From: Candidatus Hydrogenedentota bacterium
Lineage (GTDB): Bacteria; Hydrogenedentota; Hydrogenedentia; Hydrogenedentales; CAITNO01
Assembly: GCA_035364055.1 (NCBI GenBank)
Contig: DAOSFV010000001.1
Location: 1-41,786, forward strand
DNA length: 41,786 bases
Direction of reading: 5' to 3'
In this document: positions 25,344 to 34,150 of the stretch, piece after piece
Position numbering within the stretch: the first letter of the stretch is position 1
Layout: every line of letters starts with the position of its first letter
Notes under the pieces: generated by a model
What the model was told of the DNA's origin: nothing
Database searches by the model: none
Seen by the model: only the letters and a program-made list of their open reading frames with translations
Program-made: the position numbers and the translations under genes

Positions 25344-26225
25344 GTGGACGCCCCCGCGCGCATCCGCGTCGGCCCGGCCGGCTGGGCCTACGACGACTGG
25401 CGGGGGATCGTCTACCCGGAGGACATGCCCCGCGCCCGCCACCCCCTCACGCTGCTGTCGGAGTGGTTTGACACTGTCGAGATCAACGTCACCTTCTACC
25501 GCCTGATGGCCCCCGCGCAGACCCGGCGCTGGCCGGACCACGTCGCCGGCAACCCGCGCTTCGCCTTCTGCGCCAAGCTCTGGCGCGGCCTCACCCACGA
25601 CCCGGAGTCCGGCGACCCGCGCGCGGCGGCGGCGCGCTTCCTCGAGGGCCTGCGCCCCCTGCGCGACGCCGGACGGCTCGGCATGCTGCTGGCGCAGTTC
25701 CCCTGGAGTTTCCGGCGCACGGAGGGGAACCGGCTCCGGCTGGCGCGCCTGGCCGACGCCTTCGAGGGCCTGCCCCTCGCCGTCGAGGTCCGCCACGACT
25801 CCTGGGACCACCCGGCGTTCCACGCCGCCCTCTGGGAGCGCGGGATTGCCCTGTGCGCCGTGGACCAGCCGGCCCTGCGCGGGTGCCTGCCGCCGTCCGG
25901 CCGCGCGACGGCGTCCGCGGGCTACATCCGCCTCCACGGGCGCAACGCCGAGCACTGGTTCCGCGAGGGCGCCGGCCGCGACGACCGCTACAACTACCTC
26001 TACTCGGACGGCGAGCTCGCGGAGTGGGTCGAGCGCGCGCGGAGCATGGCGAAGAAGGTGAACGACCTGTTCATCGTCACCAACAACCACTACCGGGGCC
26101 AGGCGGTGGTCAACGCCCTGGAGATGCAGCACGCCCTCGGCGCGCTCCAGGTGGACCCGCCCCCCTGGCTCGTCCGGCACTACCCCCGGCTCGGCGCCCT
26201 GCGCGGGCAGAGCCGCGGATTGTGA
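25344..26225 (+). CDS. DUF72 (YecE-like) family protein
   Basis: The start is GTG 25344. 'IRVGPAGWAYDDWRGIVYP', 'FDTVEINVTFYR', 'FAFCAKLWRGLTH', 'VEVRHDSW' and 'GYIRLHGRN' fit the TIM-barrel DUF72 family. Confidence 0.8.
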   Translation: MDAPARIRVGPAGWAYDDWRGIVYPEDMPRARHPLTLLSEWFDTVEINVTFYRLMAPAQTRRWPDHVAGNPRFAFCAKLWRGLTHDPESGDPRAAAARFLEGLRPLRDAGRLGMLLAQFPWSFRRTEGNRLRLARLADAFEGLPLAVEVRHDSWDHPAFHAALWERGIALCAVDQPALRGCLPPSGRATASAGYIRLHGRNAEHWFREGAGRDDRYNYLYSDGELAEWVERARSMAKKVNDLFIVTNNHYRGQAVVNALEMQHALGALQVDPPPWLVRHYPRLGALRGQSRGL

Positions 26226-26280
26226 CGCCGTTCCCCGCGCCGGACGGTGTTCGGGGGCGCGGATGGGGTAAGATGCGGGG

Positions 26281-29022
26281 ATGCGGGCCGGTGGGGTCCG
26301 CGCGGGCTTTTTAACGCCGGAGCGAGGCTTTTTGGAAACGCAATCCCTGACGGCGCGGCGGCTGGCGGTGTTGTCGCTGGTGCTGCTGTTCTTCTTCGTG
26401 TCCGGCGCGTGCGGGCTGGTGTACCAGGTGGTGTGGACGCGCTGGCTGGTGCTGCTGGTGGGCGCGCGGGCGCACGCCGTGGCGATTGTGCTGTCGGTTT
26501 TCTTCCTGGGGCTGGGGCTGGGCAGCCGCTGGGGTGGGCGATTCGCCGACCGCACGCCGCGGCCCCTGTGGTGGTACGGCGTGTTTGAGGTGCTCATCGG
26601 TGTGTGGGCGGTGGGGGTGGCGTTTGCGATGGGCCCGGCGGAGGGCCTGGCGGCGGCGGTGCTGCGGGCGGCGCAGTCAAGTCCGGCGGCGGGGGTGCTG
26701 GCGCGGGCGGTGATGGCGGCGGTGCTGCTGCTGCCGCCGGTGACGCTCATGGGGGCCACGCTGCCGCTGCTGGCGCGGCATGTCACGCGGGACCCCGCGC
26801 TGGGCGGGCGGCGCGTGGGGCTGCTCTACGCGCTGAACACCTTTGGCGCGGCGGCGGGGTGCTTCCTGGCGGGCTTCGTGCTCATCCAGCGCTTCGGCTA
26901 CCTGCACACGACCTGGCTGGCGGCGGCGGCGAACGCCGCGGTGGCCGCCGGGGCTTTGCTCTTGGCGAGGTTTTCCACCGGGGGGGCGGCGGCCGCGCCC
27001 GCGGAGGACGACACGCCCCCGGAGGGCCCCGAGACGGGCCGCCGGACGGCGCTGCTCCTGACGGTGGCCTTCGGCGTGACGGGGTTCTCCGCCCTGGCGA
27101 TGGAGGTGATCTGGACGCGCCTGCTGGCGATGGTTTTCCTCGGCACGACCTACGCCTTCACCACCATGCTCACGGCCCTGCTTTGCGGCATCGCCCTGGG
27201 CGGGCTGGCGGGGGCGGCGCTGCTCTCGCGGCGGACCCGTTTCGCCGTGCCCCTGTCAGGCGCGCTGCTGCTGCTGCTCGGGCTGTCGTGGCTGTGCATG
27301 ATCCGCGCGCTCGACGGCCTGCCCGCGCGGGCGGTGGAGATGCAGGCGGCGGCGGGCAACCGCTGGGAGCTGGTCGTGCGCGGCATGTTCCTCCACGCCT
27401 TCCTGCTGCTGCTGCCGCCGGCGTTCCTGTCGGGGATGCTCTTCCCCGCGCTGGTGCGCGCGGTGTCGCGGAGCGCGGGGCGTTTCGGGCGCGACGTGGG
27501 CCGCCTCTACGCCGTGAACACGCTGGGCGGTGTGCTCGGCTCGCTGGCCGGAGGCTTTGTGCTCCTGCCGCTGCTGGGGGCGCAGCACGCCATGACCATG
27601 ATGGCCCTCGCGCCGCTGCCCTTCGGGCTGGCGGTGCTGTGGGGGCGGGGCGCGCTTATGCCGCGCGCGGCGGCGCTGCTGCTGGCGGCGTCGTCGGTCC
27701 ACGCGTTTTGGTCGCTGCCCGCGGACATCAACCGCCGCCTGAGCGCGTCCTACATGCCGAAGGACCACGAGACCATCTTCTACCGCGAGGGCGTGGAGGG
27801 GACCGTCGCCGTGTCGCAGCCGGCGGGCGGGACGGACGGCGCGGACCGCGTGCTGTGGATCAACCGGGTGCAGGCGACGACGTCCATCGAGCGTGGCGTG
27901 AAGATGAACCGTCTCCAGGGCGCGCTGCCCCTGCTCTTCGACCGCGACCCGAAGCGGGTGCTCTTCATGTGCTTCGGGTCGGGCATCACCTGCGGCACCC
28001 TGGCGCTCACGGACTTCGACCGCATTGACGCCGTGGAAATCTGCCCCGAGGTGCTGGAGGCGGCCCCGCTCTTCGCGAAGGACAACCTCGGCGTGCTGGA
28101 GCGGCCCGGCATCCGCTTCGTCGTGGACGACGCGCGGAACTTCCTGCTCACCACGCGCGAGACCTACGACGTCATCACCTTCGAGCCCATGCCCCTCGCG
28201 CTGGCCGGGGTGTCCAACTTCTACACGGAGGACTACTACCGGCGCTGCCTCGCGCGGCTGGCGCCCGGCGGCGTCGTGTCGCAGTGGGTGCCCCTCCACA
28301 GCCTCAACGCCGAGGTGGTCGCCTCGCTGGTGTTCACCTTCACCCGCGTCTTCCCCGAGTACTGCGCGTTCTTCGTGAACGCCGACCTCTTCCTCATGGG
28401 CTCCGACCGGCCCCTGCGGCTGGACCTCGACGCCGCCCGCCGCCGCCTCGCGCGGCCCGGGCTGGCCGCCGCCCTCGCCGCCGTGGACCTCGGCGACCCC
28501 GTGGAGATCATGGGGTCGTTCCTGATGGACAAGGCCGCCGTGGACCGCTTCGCGGCGGGCGGCCGGGTCATGCGCGACGACCTGCCCTGGGCCGAGTTCA
28601 TCGCGCCGCGCCTCGTCTACGCCCGCGCCGTGCCCGAGAGCCTGGAGCGCCTGCGCGGCGTGGCGACGCCGCCCACGGCGCTCATGGACCCCGCCGCCCT
28701 GTCGCCGGAGGACCGCGCGCGCCTGGAGCGCCGCCACCGGTCCCGCGTGCTCGACCTCGCCGCGCTCAAGGGGTACTACGGCGGCTTCGTCATGGACGGC
28801 GCCGCGCTGGAGGGGTTCATCGCCTCCCTGCGCGAGGACCCGGACAACCCCACGGCGAAGTACTACCTGCGCCAGATCCTCGGCGCGCAGGTGGGCACCC
28901 TCGTCGGCTGGCGCGAGCCCGACAAGGCCCGCGCGGCGCTCGAGAAGGCCGCCCCCTGGCTCCCCGGCGACCCGCTGGTGGAGAAGCTCCAAGCGGATAT
29001 CGCGGCCATGCCGGCGGAATAG
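26281..29022 (+). CDS. Fused polytopic membrane domain / spermidine-synthase-like (SAM-MTase fold) protein with C-terminal TPR-like region
   Basis: The protein is 913 aa. The N-terminal ~480 aa contain many TM helices, starting with 'LLFFFVSGACGLVYQVVWTRWLV'. Next comes 'VLFMCFGSGITCGTLAL...DAVEICPEVLE...DVITFEP', a spermine/spermidine synthase-type fold. A helical-repeat tail follows. Confidence 0.8.
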   Translation: MRAGGVRAGFLTPERGFLETQSLTARRLAVLSLVLLFFFVSGACGLVYQVVWTRWLVLLVGARAHAVAIVLSVFFLGLGLGSRWGGRFADRTPRPLWWYGVFEVLIGVWAVGVAFAMGPAEGLAAAVLRAAQSSPAAGVLARAVMAAVLLLPPVTLMGATLPLLARHVTRDPALGGRRVGLLYALNTFGAAAGCFLAGFVLIQRFGYLHTTWLAAAANAAVAAGALLLARFSTGGAAAAPAEDDTPPEGPETGRRTALLLTVAFGVTGFSALAMEVIWTRLLAMVFLGTTYAFTTMLTALLCGIALGGLAGAALLSRRTRFAVPLSGALLLLLGLSWLCMIRALDGLPARAVEMQAAAGNRWELVVRGMFLHAFLLLLPPAFLSGMLFPALVRAVSRSAGRFGRDVGRLYAVNTLGGVLGSLAGGFVLLPLLGAQHAMTMMALAPLPFGLAVLWGRGALMPRAAALLLAASSVHAFWSLPADINRRLSASYMPKDHETIFYREGVEGTVAVSQPAGGTDGADRVLWINRVQATTSIERGVKMNRLQGALPLLFDRDPKRVLFMCFGSGITCGTLALTDFDRIDAVEICPEVLEAAPLFAKDNLGVLERPGIRFVVDDARNFLLTTRETYDVITFEPMPLALAGVSNFYTEDYYRRCLARLAPGGVVSQWVPLHSLNAEVVASLVFTFTRVFPEYCAFFVNADLFLMGSDRPLRLDLDAARRRLARPGLAAALAAVDLGDPVEIMGSFLMDKAAVDRFAAGGRVMRDDLPWAEFIAPRLVYARAVPESLERLRGVATPPTALMDPAALSPEDRARLERRHRSRVLDLAALKGYYGGFVMDGAALEGFIASLREDPDNPTAKYYLRQILGAQVGTLVGWREPDKARAALEKAAPWLPGDPLVEKLQADIAAMPAE

Positions 29023-29028
29023 GCGGGG

Positions 29029-29110
29029 CATGGACGATATGGACGGGATGGACGATATGGACGGGTGCCTCTTTGTCCATTCAGTCCATCCCGTCCATAT
29101 CGTCCATGTC
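29029..29110. repeat. 82-bp inverted double array of a 9-bp unit: (ATGGACGNN)x4 - 9 nt - (GTCCATNNN)x4
   Basis: The forward units lie at 29030, 29039, 29048 and 29057. The reverse units lie at 29075, 29084, 29093 and 29102. Positions 29029-29053 are the exact reverse complement of 29084-29108, a 25-bp perfect stem. An inner 6-bp stem (29057-62 with 29075-80) closes a 12-nt loop. The element starts 7 nt after the stop at 29022. Confidence 0.9.
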
Positions 29111-29142
29111 CCCCCCCGCACTTTCGCGGGTCGCCCCCTTCC

Positions 29143-29151
29143 TGATACGAT
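29143..29151 (+). promoter_or_regulatory. Candidate extended -10 element (TGA-TACGAT) upstream of the GT2 gene
   Basis: TGATACGAT lies 39 nt upstream of GTG 29191 and ~33 nt downstream of the repeat array. The -35 is weak. Confidence 0.25.
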
Positions 29152-29190
29152 GATCGCGGCGGGCGGGTCCCGCCGCATGAGGTACTGACC

Positions 29191-29928
29191 GTGGCCGAAG
29201 CCCCCCAGGCAGCCGAACCGCTTCCGCAGGTCGCCGTGGTGATCCCCTGCTACAACGCCGGGGCGCGCATCGCCCCGGTGGTGGCGGCTGCGCGCGGCCG
29301 CGCGGGCCGGGTGATCGTCGTGGACGACGGCGGCACGGACCGCGCCTGTGACGGCCTGGCTGGGGAAAACGCCGAGGTGCTGCGCCTGCCGGTGAACCGG
29401 GGCAAGGGCCACGCGCTGCTGGCGGGCATCCGCCGCGCGCTGGAGGACCCGGCCGCGCGGATCGTCTGCACCCTCGACGCCGACGGCCAGCACGACCCCG
29501 CCGAGCTGCCGGGGCTCGCCGCGGCCTTTGACGCCGCCAACGCGGACCTGCTCATCGGGCGGCGCACCTTCGGTGGCGCGGTGGTGCCGTGGCGCAGCCG
29601 CTTCGGCAACGAGATGACGGCGCGGGTGGTGCGGCTGCTGCTGCGCCGCGACCTGCCGGACACGCAGTGCGGCTACCGCCTGCTGTCGCGCCGCTTCGCG
29701 GAGGCCGTGCTGGCGCATGTCGCGGGCGGCCGCTACGAGACGGAGATGGAGATGCTGGTCTTCGCCGTGCGCGCCGGGCACACGGTGGCCTATTCGCCCA
29801 TCCAGACCCTCTATGAGCCCGACAACCAGTCGTCGCACTTCCGCAAGGTGCGCGACTCGCTGCGCATCTACGCGCGCCTCGCGCGGGCGGTCCTGCGGCG
29901 GCCGCGCGCGCCGGAGCCGCCGAAATGA
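29191..29928 (+). CDS. GT2-family glycosyltransferase (polyprenyl-phosphate sugar synthase-like)
   Basis: The start is GTG 29191, 8 nt after GAGG. 'VAVVIPCYNAG', 'VIVVDDGGTD', 'NRGKGHALLAG' and 'TLDADGQHDP' are the GT-A/DxD architecture of DPM1/GtrB-like enzymes. Confidence 0.85.
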   Translation: MAEAPQAAEPLPQVAVVIPCYNAGARIAPVVAAARGRAGRVIVVDDGGTDRACDGLAGENAEVLRLPVNRGKGHALLAGIRRALEDPAARIVCTLDADGQHDPAELPGLAAAFDAANADLLIGRRTFGGAVVPWRSRFGNEMTARVVRLLLRRDLPDTQCGYRLLSRRFAEAVLAHVAGGRYETEMEMLVFAVRAGHTVAYSPIQTLYEPDNQSSHFRKVRDSLRIYARLARAVLRRPRAPEPPK

Positions 29929-32471
29929 CCGCCCCGCCGGGGGGCGCGCCGGGGCGTTTCGGCGCGCGGGACGCGCTGCTCCTCGCGGGGCTGCTGGGCC
30001 TCGCCCTGGGCACGCGCGCCGCCGGGATCGCGTCCGAGTCCGCGTGGTGGGACGAGTACACGAGCGTCATGCACCTGGACGCGCCGTCCCTCGGGCGCTT
30101 CCTCTCGCTCAACCGCACCCTGGACCCGCTGACGCTGCCGCTCTACTACACCCTCGAATACCTCTGGTGGCACTTCGTGTCCGCGACGCTGCCGGGGCTG
30201 CGCGCGCTGTCGGTGCTGCTGAGCCTGGCGACAGTGGCGGCGTTTTACACCCTCGCGCGGCGGCTCACGGGGCGCGCGGGCGCGGCGGCCGCCGGGCTGT
30301 GCCTGGCCCTGTCGCCCGTCCACGCGCATCACGGCCAGGGCATCCGCATGTATGTGCTGTTCATCCTGCTGGCGCTGCTGTCGTGGATGACACTGCTGGA
30401 ACTGGTGCGGCGGCCCGGGTGGGGGCGCTGGTGCGCCCACGCGCCCACCCTGTTCCTGCTGTTCTGGGTGCACCCCTTCGCGCTGCTCGTCGGTGGGGCG
30501 CAGGCGGCCTGGGTGGTCCTGCTGCGGCCCCTGTCCGCCGTGGGGACGGTCCGGTGGCTGGCCCTGTTCCTCGCCGCCGCCGCGCCCCCGGGGATGTACC
30601 TGCGCACCGTGCGCTTCTGGCCCAAGCAGAGCACCGACCAGTGGATCAGCCTGCCCGGTCCGGGCGAGTTCCTCGCCGACCTCTTCGCCGACGACGTGGT
30701 GTCCTACACCTGGCAGCTCCGCGTGTCGGGGTTCGGGGAAATGCTGGGCGGCGCGCGGGTGCTCTTCGACGCGGCGCTGGCCCTGCTGATTGTCGCCGGG
30801 CTGGTGGTCGCGCTGCGATCCGTGGTGCGGCGCGGCCCCGGCGTGGGCGACCCCGTCCGGCGGAAGGCGGTCCTCGGGCTGTTCCTGTGGGTGCTGGCGC
30901 CGCCGCTGGCGCTGTATCTGGCCTCCGTGCTGGTCCGCCCGTGCATCTTCCCGCGCTACACGGTTCATTGCTCCCTCGCCGTCTACCTTCTGCTGGGGAT
31001 CGCGGTGGAGTCGCTCCCCCGGCGGGCGGCCCGCACGCTGGCCGTGGCGGCCCTTGCGGGGCTCATGGCCGTACAGTGGCGCGTGACGCGCCCCGGCCCC
31101 CAGCGCACGGACTGGCGCGGCGCGGCGCGCGCGCTGGCGGCGGAGGCGAAACCCGCCGCCGGCCCCGACACCGCGCCAACCGTGCTGGTCTACGGCAGCC
31201 TCTGGCGCGATGTGTTTGAGTACAACCGCCGCATCGAGCCAATGGCGGCGCAGTGGGAAAACCCCGTGGCGGCGGGAGAGAACGGCGCGGTGCTCGCGCG
31301 GCTGGCGGCCTTCTATCTGGAGGCGGCGCGGCGGCACGGCGCGGGGGCCGACGCGGTGTGGCTGGTGGTCGCCGGGGAGTATTTTGCCGACACGCCGCCC
31401 GCCGACCTCGCGCCTGAACTTGCCCGGTGGGGGCTGGAAAGCCAAGAGTCTGTCCTGCCCGCCATCCGAACGATATGGATCTGCCGCGTGACCCTGCCCG
31501 GGGACCGCGCCCTGCCGGAGGATCCCTTCGGCGAGGGGAGCGCCGGAGGCGGCGAGGCCGCGGAACTGGACCACGCCACCATGCAGGGCTTCGGCGACCT
31601 CGCGGCCGCGCTGGCGGCGAAGGGCAGGAAGGACCTCGCGCTGGAGGGGCTCGACCGGCTCCGCCGCCGCAGCTCTTTCGCCGCGAAACTCCACGCGGGG
31701 CTCGACCGCGCCATCCGCGCGGACCGCGACCCCGCCGCCGAACTGGCGGCCCTGCGCGCCCTGTGGGACGGCTACGGCTACCGCGACAACGGGCGGCCCG
31801 ACTTCGCCCGCGAAAGTTTCGGCAAAGCGGCGGCGGCCGCGCCGGACCTGCCCATCGCGCAGGCGGAGTACGGGCTGGAGTCCGCCCGCGCGGGGGACGC
31901 GATGGCGGCCCTGCCCGCCCTGCGCCGCGCCATGGACCGCGACGCCGACTACGTCCCCGTGTTCGTCCGCCTCGCGGAGACGCTGGAGAAGAAGGGCGGC
32001 GTTTCTCTTGCCGACGCGGTGGCGGCGGTGGAGGACTTCCAGCAGGGGCAGCTCGCCCTGAGCCGGGGGGACAACGCGGGCGCGGCGGACCGCTTCGCCG
32101 CCGTGGTGCGGCGCGACCCGGGCTTCGTCCACGCGTGGCAGCAGCGGGCCTACGCGCAACTGCTGCTGGAGGACTTCGCGGGGGTCGAGGAAAGCGTCCG
32201 CGAATACTTCGCCCACGGCGGCGCGGACTCCATGGACATCCAGGGCGCGCTGGCGATCATGCACCTGCTCCGGGGCGACCGCGACGCCTCCCGCACCGCC
32301 ATCACGAAAGCTTTCGAATACTCCCCCAAACTACGCGCGGACTACGCCGCCCTCTTCGACGCCCTGTTCGCCCAAAACGGCGCGGCGGCCCGGGCGGAGG
32401 CGGGGCGCATGCGCGCCGCCGGCATCCCCATTCCCGGGCCGCTGCTGGCCTATGTGGAACAGGCCCCGTGA
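29925..32471 (+). CDS. GT-C fold (GT39/GT83, PMT/ArnT-like) membrane glycosyltransferase with C-terminal TPR domain
   Basis: The ATGA start-stop overlap with the GT2 gene suggests translational coupling. There are ~11 TM helices. The first periplasmic loop carries 'SAWWDEYTS', an Asp-Glu motif typical of PMT/ArnT-type enzymes. The C-terminal ~350 aa are TPR-like. Confidence 0.75.
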   Translation: MTAPPGGAPGRFGARDALLLAGLLGLALGTRAAGIASESAWWDEYTSVMHLDAPSLGRFLSLNRTLDPLTLPLYYTLEYLWWHFVSATLPGLRALSVLLSLATVAAFYTLARRLTGRAGAAAAGLCLALSPVHAHHGQGIRMYVLFILLALLSWMTLLELVRRPGWGRWCAHAPTLFLLFWVHPFALLVGGAQAAWVVLLRPLSAVGTVRWLALFLAAAAPPGMYLRTVRFWPKQSTDQWISLPGPGEFLADLFADDVVSYTWQLRVSGFGEMLGGARVLFDAALALLIVAGLVVALRSVVRRGPGVGDPVRRKAVLGLFLWVLAPPLALYLASVLVRPCIFPRYTVHCSLAVYLLLGIAVESLPRRAARTLAVAALAGLMAVQWRVTRPGPQRTDWRGAARALAAEAKPAAGPDTAPTVLVYGSLWRDVFEYNRRIEPMAAQWENPVAAGENGAVLARLAAFYLEAARRHGAGADAVWLVVAGEYFADTPPADLAPELARWGLESQESVLPAIRTIWICRVTLPGDRALPEDPFGEGSAGGGEAAELDHATMQGFGDLAAALAAKGRKDLALEGLDRLRRRSSFAAKLHAGLDRAIRADRDPAAELAALRALWDGYGYRDNGRPDFARESFGKAAAAAPDLPIAQAEYGLESARAGDAMAALPALRRAMDRDADYVPVFVRLAETLEKKGGVSLADAVAAVEDFQQGQLALSRGDNAGAADRFAAVVRRDPGFVHAWQQRAYAQLLLEDFAGVEESVREYFAHGGADSMDIQGALAIMHLLRGDRDASRTAITKAFEYSPKLRADYAALFDALFAQNGAAARAEAGRMRAAGIPIPGPLLAYVEQAP

Positions 32472-32480
32472 CGCTTTGGA

Positions 32481-32891
32481 TCAGACCAGCGGCCGGATCG
32501 TCGTCAGCGTCACGGTGAAGGCCGCCTCATTCGACGCGGCCAGCCTGTGGGAAAACGGTTTCTCCTCCAGCGCCTGGGTTACGATAGTGTTGGGGCCGGG
32601 GGTGAGCACGTTGAACCGGAGGAAGACCTGCTCGGGCATGGATTCGGCCACCACGATTTCGGGGGCCAGGAGCGTGTAGCCGCCCGTGGGGAATAGAAAG
32701 CTCCCCTCGACCACCCATTCCGCGTCCTCCAGGGACGCCTTGGTGAGAGTGCCCTGGAGACCCAACGGCCCCTCGAAGGCGTAGCCGTAGCGTCCGGAAA
32801 GGGGCGTCAGGGTGATGTCCGTGTGCTCCCGGACGCATCCGGACGGCAGCACCGCGCAAACCGCGCAAACCGCAATGAGAAGTCTCTTCAT
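32481..32891 (-). CDS. Small lipoprotein, unknown function
   Basis: ORF 32481..32927. ATG 32891 lies 6 nt after GGGAGA. The signal peptide with lipobox is 'MKRLLIAVCAVCAVLPSG|C'. It is convergent with the GT39 gene, with a 9-nt gap. Confidence 0.7.
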   Translation of the reverse strand: MKRLLIAVCAVCAVLPSGCVREHTDITLTPLSGRYGYAFEGPLGLQGTLTKASLEDAEWVVEGSFLFPTGGYTLLAPEIVVAESMPEQVFLRFNVLTPGPNTIVTQALEEKPFSHRLAASNEAAFTVTLTTIRPLV

Positions 32892-33009
32892 GGCGCGTCT
32901 CCCTGTGTCTGTCTTTATTACAAACACCGGCGGGGGGCGTTACCCTACCGGGGGGCAGGGGTATCCCGCAGACCGGACGGTGCCGGGGACCTGTGCGGCG
33001 GCCGATTGC

Positions 33010-33038
33010 TTGACTTCTAACGGTTGATTCCCTACAAT
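33010..33038 (+). promoter_or_regulatory. Near-consensus sigma70 promoter (TTGACT-N17-TACAAT)
   Basis: TTGACT lies at 33010-33015 and TACAAT at 33033-33038. It is 80 nt upstream of ATG 33119, and AGGAG lies at 33105-33109. Confidence 0.55.
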
Positions 33039-33118
33039 ACCCGGCGGCGGGTACCCGCCCCCTGGGATGACGCAACGGCAAACAGCGCCCCGTCCGGGCG
33101 CAACAGGAGCATTTCTTT

Positions 33119-34063
33119 ATGAAAAAGCACACCGGATTCACCCTGATTGAGCTGCTGGTGGTCATCGCGATCATCGGCATTCTGGCGGCGATTCTGCTGC
33201 CCGCGCTGGCGCGGGCGCGCGAGGCGGCCCGGCGCTCCTCCTGCCAGAACAACCTGAAGCAGATGGGCCTCTCCTTCAAAATGTACGCGGGCGAGGCGAA
33301 GGACCTGTTCCCGCCGATGAAGCGGAACCTGTCGGGCTGGACCCCGGCGAACCCGGTGGGCGACCCGGCGACGACGTGCAACCTGCCGAACACGGTGACG
33401 ACGGACGCGAACGGGGACGGGGTGAAGGACGACTTTGACATCTTCTTCGACGTGCAGAGCATGTACCCGGAGTACCTGTCCGACCTGAACGTGACGGTGT
33501 GCCCGTCGTCCGCCGTGATCGAGCCGGGGGACCACCACTACAACGACGACCCGGCGAACCCCGTGGACCCGTGCGCGGTGACGGATTTGTCGTACATGTA
33601 CTTCGGGTGGTCCATCCTGGACGAGGTGGTGACAGCGCCCGGGACGAGCGCGAACGACATGAACCCGACGCCGAACCAGAACCTGACGGCGATCCTGATC
33701 TCGAAGCTGCTGGAGCGGCTGACGAACAAGGCGGCGTATGACAACGACATCACGTACCAAGACAGCTACGCGGGCAACGTGGAGCGGACGCTGTACCGTT
33801 TCCGCGAGGGGATCGAGCGCTTCCTGATCACGGACATCAACAACCCCGGCGCGTCGAACAAGGCGCAGAGCGAGCTGCCGATCCTGTGGGACCAGATCTC
33901 CTCGGACCCGAACGGCAGCGGCTTCAACCACATCCCCGGCGGCTGCAACGTGCTGTACATGGACGGCCATGTGGAGTTCGTCCGCTACCCCGGCGCGCAC
34001 CCGGTGACGCGGAACTTCGCCAACATCGTGGCGCAGTTCACCTCGAGCGACCCCAACATCTGA
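33119..34063 (+). CDS. DUF1559 / prepilin-type N-terminal methylation domain protein (H-X9-DG-like family)
   Basis: 'MKKHTG|[45 protein letters not shown]' is the stereotyped DUF1559 N-terminus. The C-terminus '[19 protein letters not shown]' is the H-X(9-10)-DG box. Confidence 0.9.
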   Translation: MKKHTGFTLIELLVVIAIIGILAAILLPALARAREAARRSSCQNNLKQMGLSFKMYAGEAKDLFPPMKRNLSGWTPANPVGDPATTCNLPNTVTTDANGDGVKDDFDIFFDVQSMYPEYLSDLNVTVCPSSAVIEPGDHHYNDDPANPVDPCAVTDLSYMYFGWSILDEVVTAPGTSANDMNPTPNQNLTAILISKLLERLTNKAAYDNDITYQDSYAGNVERTLYRFREGIERFLITDINNPGASNKAQSELPILWDQISSDPNGSGFNHIPGGCNVLYMDGHVEFVRYPGAHPVTRNFANIVAQFTSSDPNI

Positions 34064-34087
34064 TTCCCGTCCCTCCCCGCGAACACG

Positions 34088-34114
34088 AACCGCCCGGCAG
34101 CCCGCCGGGCGGTT
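34088..34114. terminator. Bidirectional terminator-like hairpin between convergent genes
   Basis: An 11-bp perfect stem pairs AACCGCCCGGC with GCCGGGCGGTT around a 5-nt loop. It is followed by CTTCT. It lies between the stops at 34063 (+) and 34151 (-). Confidence 0.5.
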
Positions 34115-34150
34115 CTTCTATGGCTGCGCCGCCGGGCGGCGTTGTGGGCG

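Noticed and set aside
29029-29110. Possible CRISPR array, or mini-CRISPR, made of the 9-bp repeats here and at 38661-38708.
   Set aside because: The units are only 9 bp and directly abut with no spacers. One locus is an inverted double array. No cas genes are present. This is not a CRISPR architecture.
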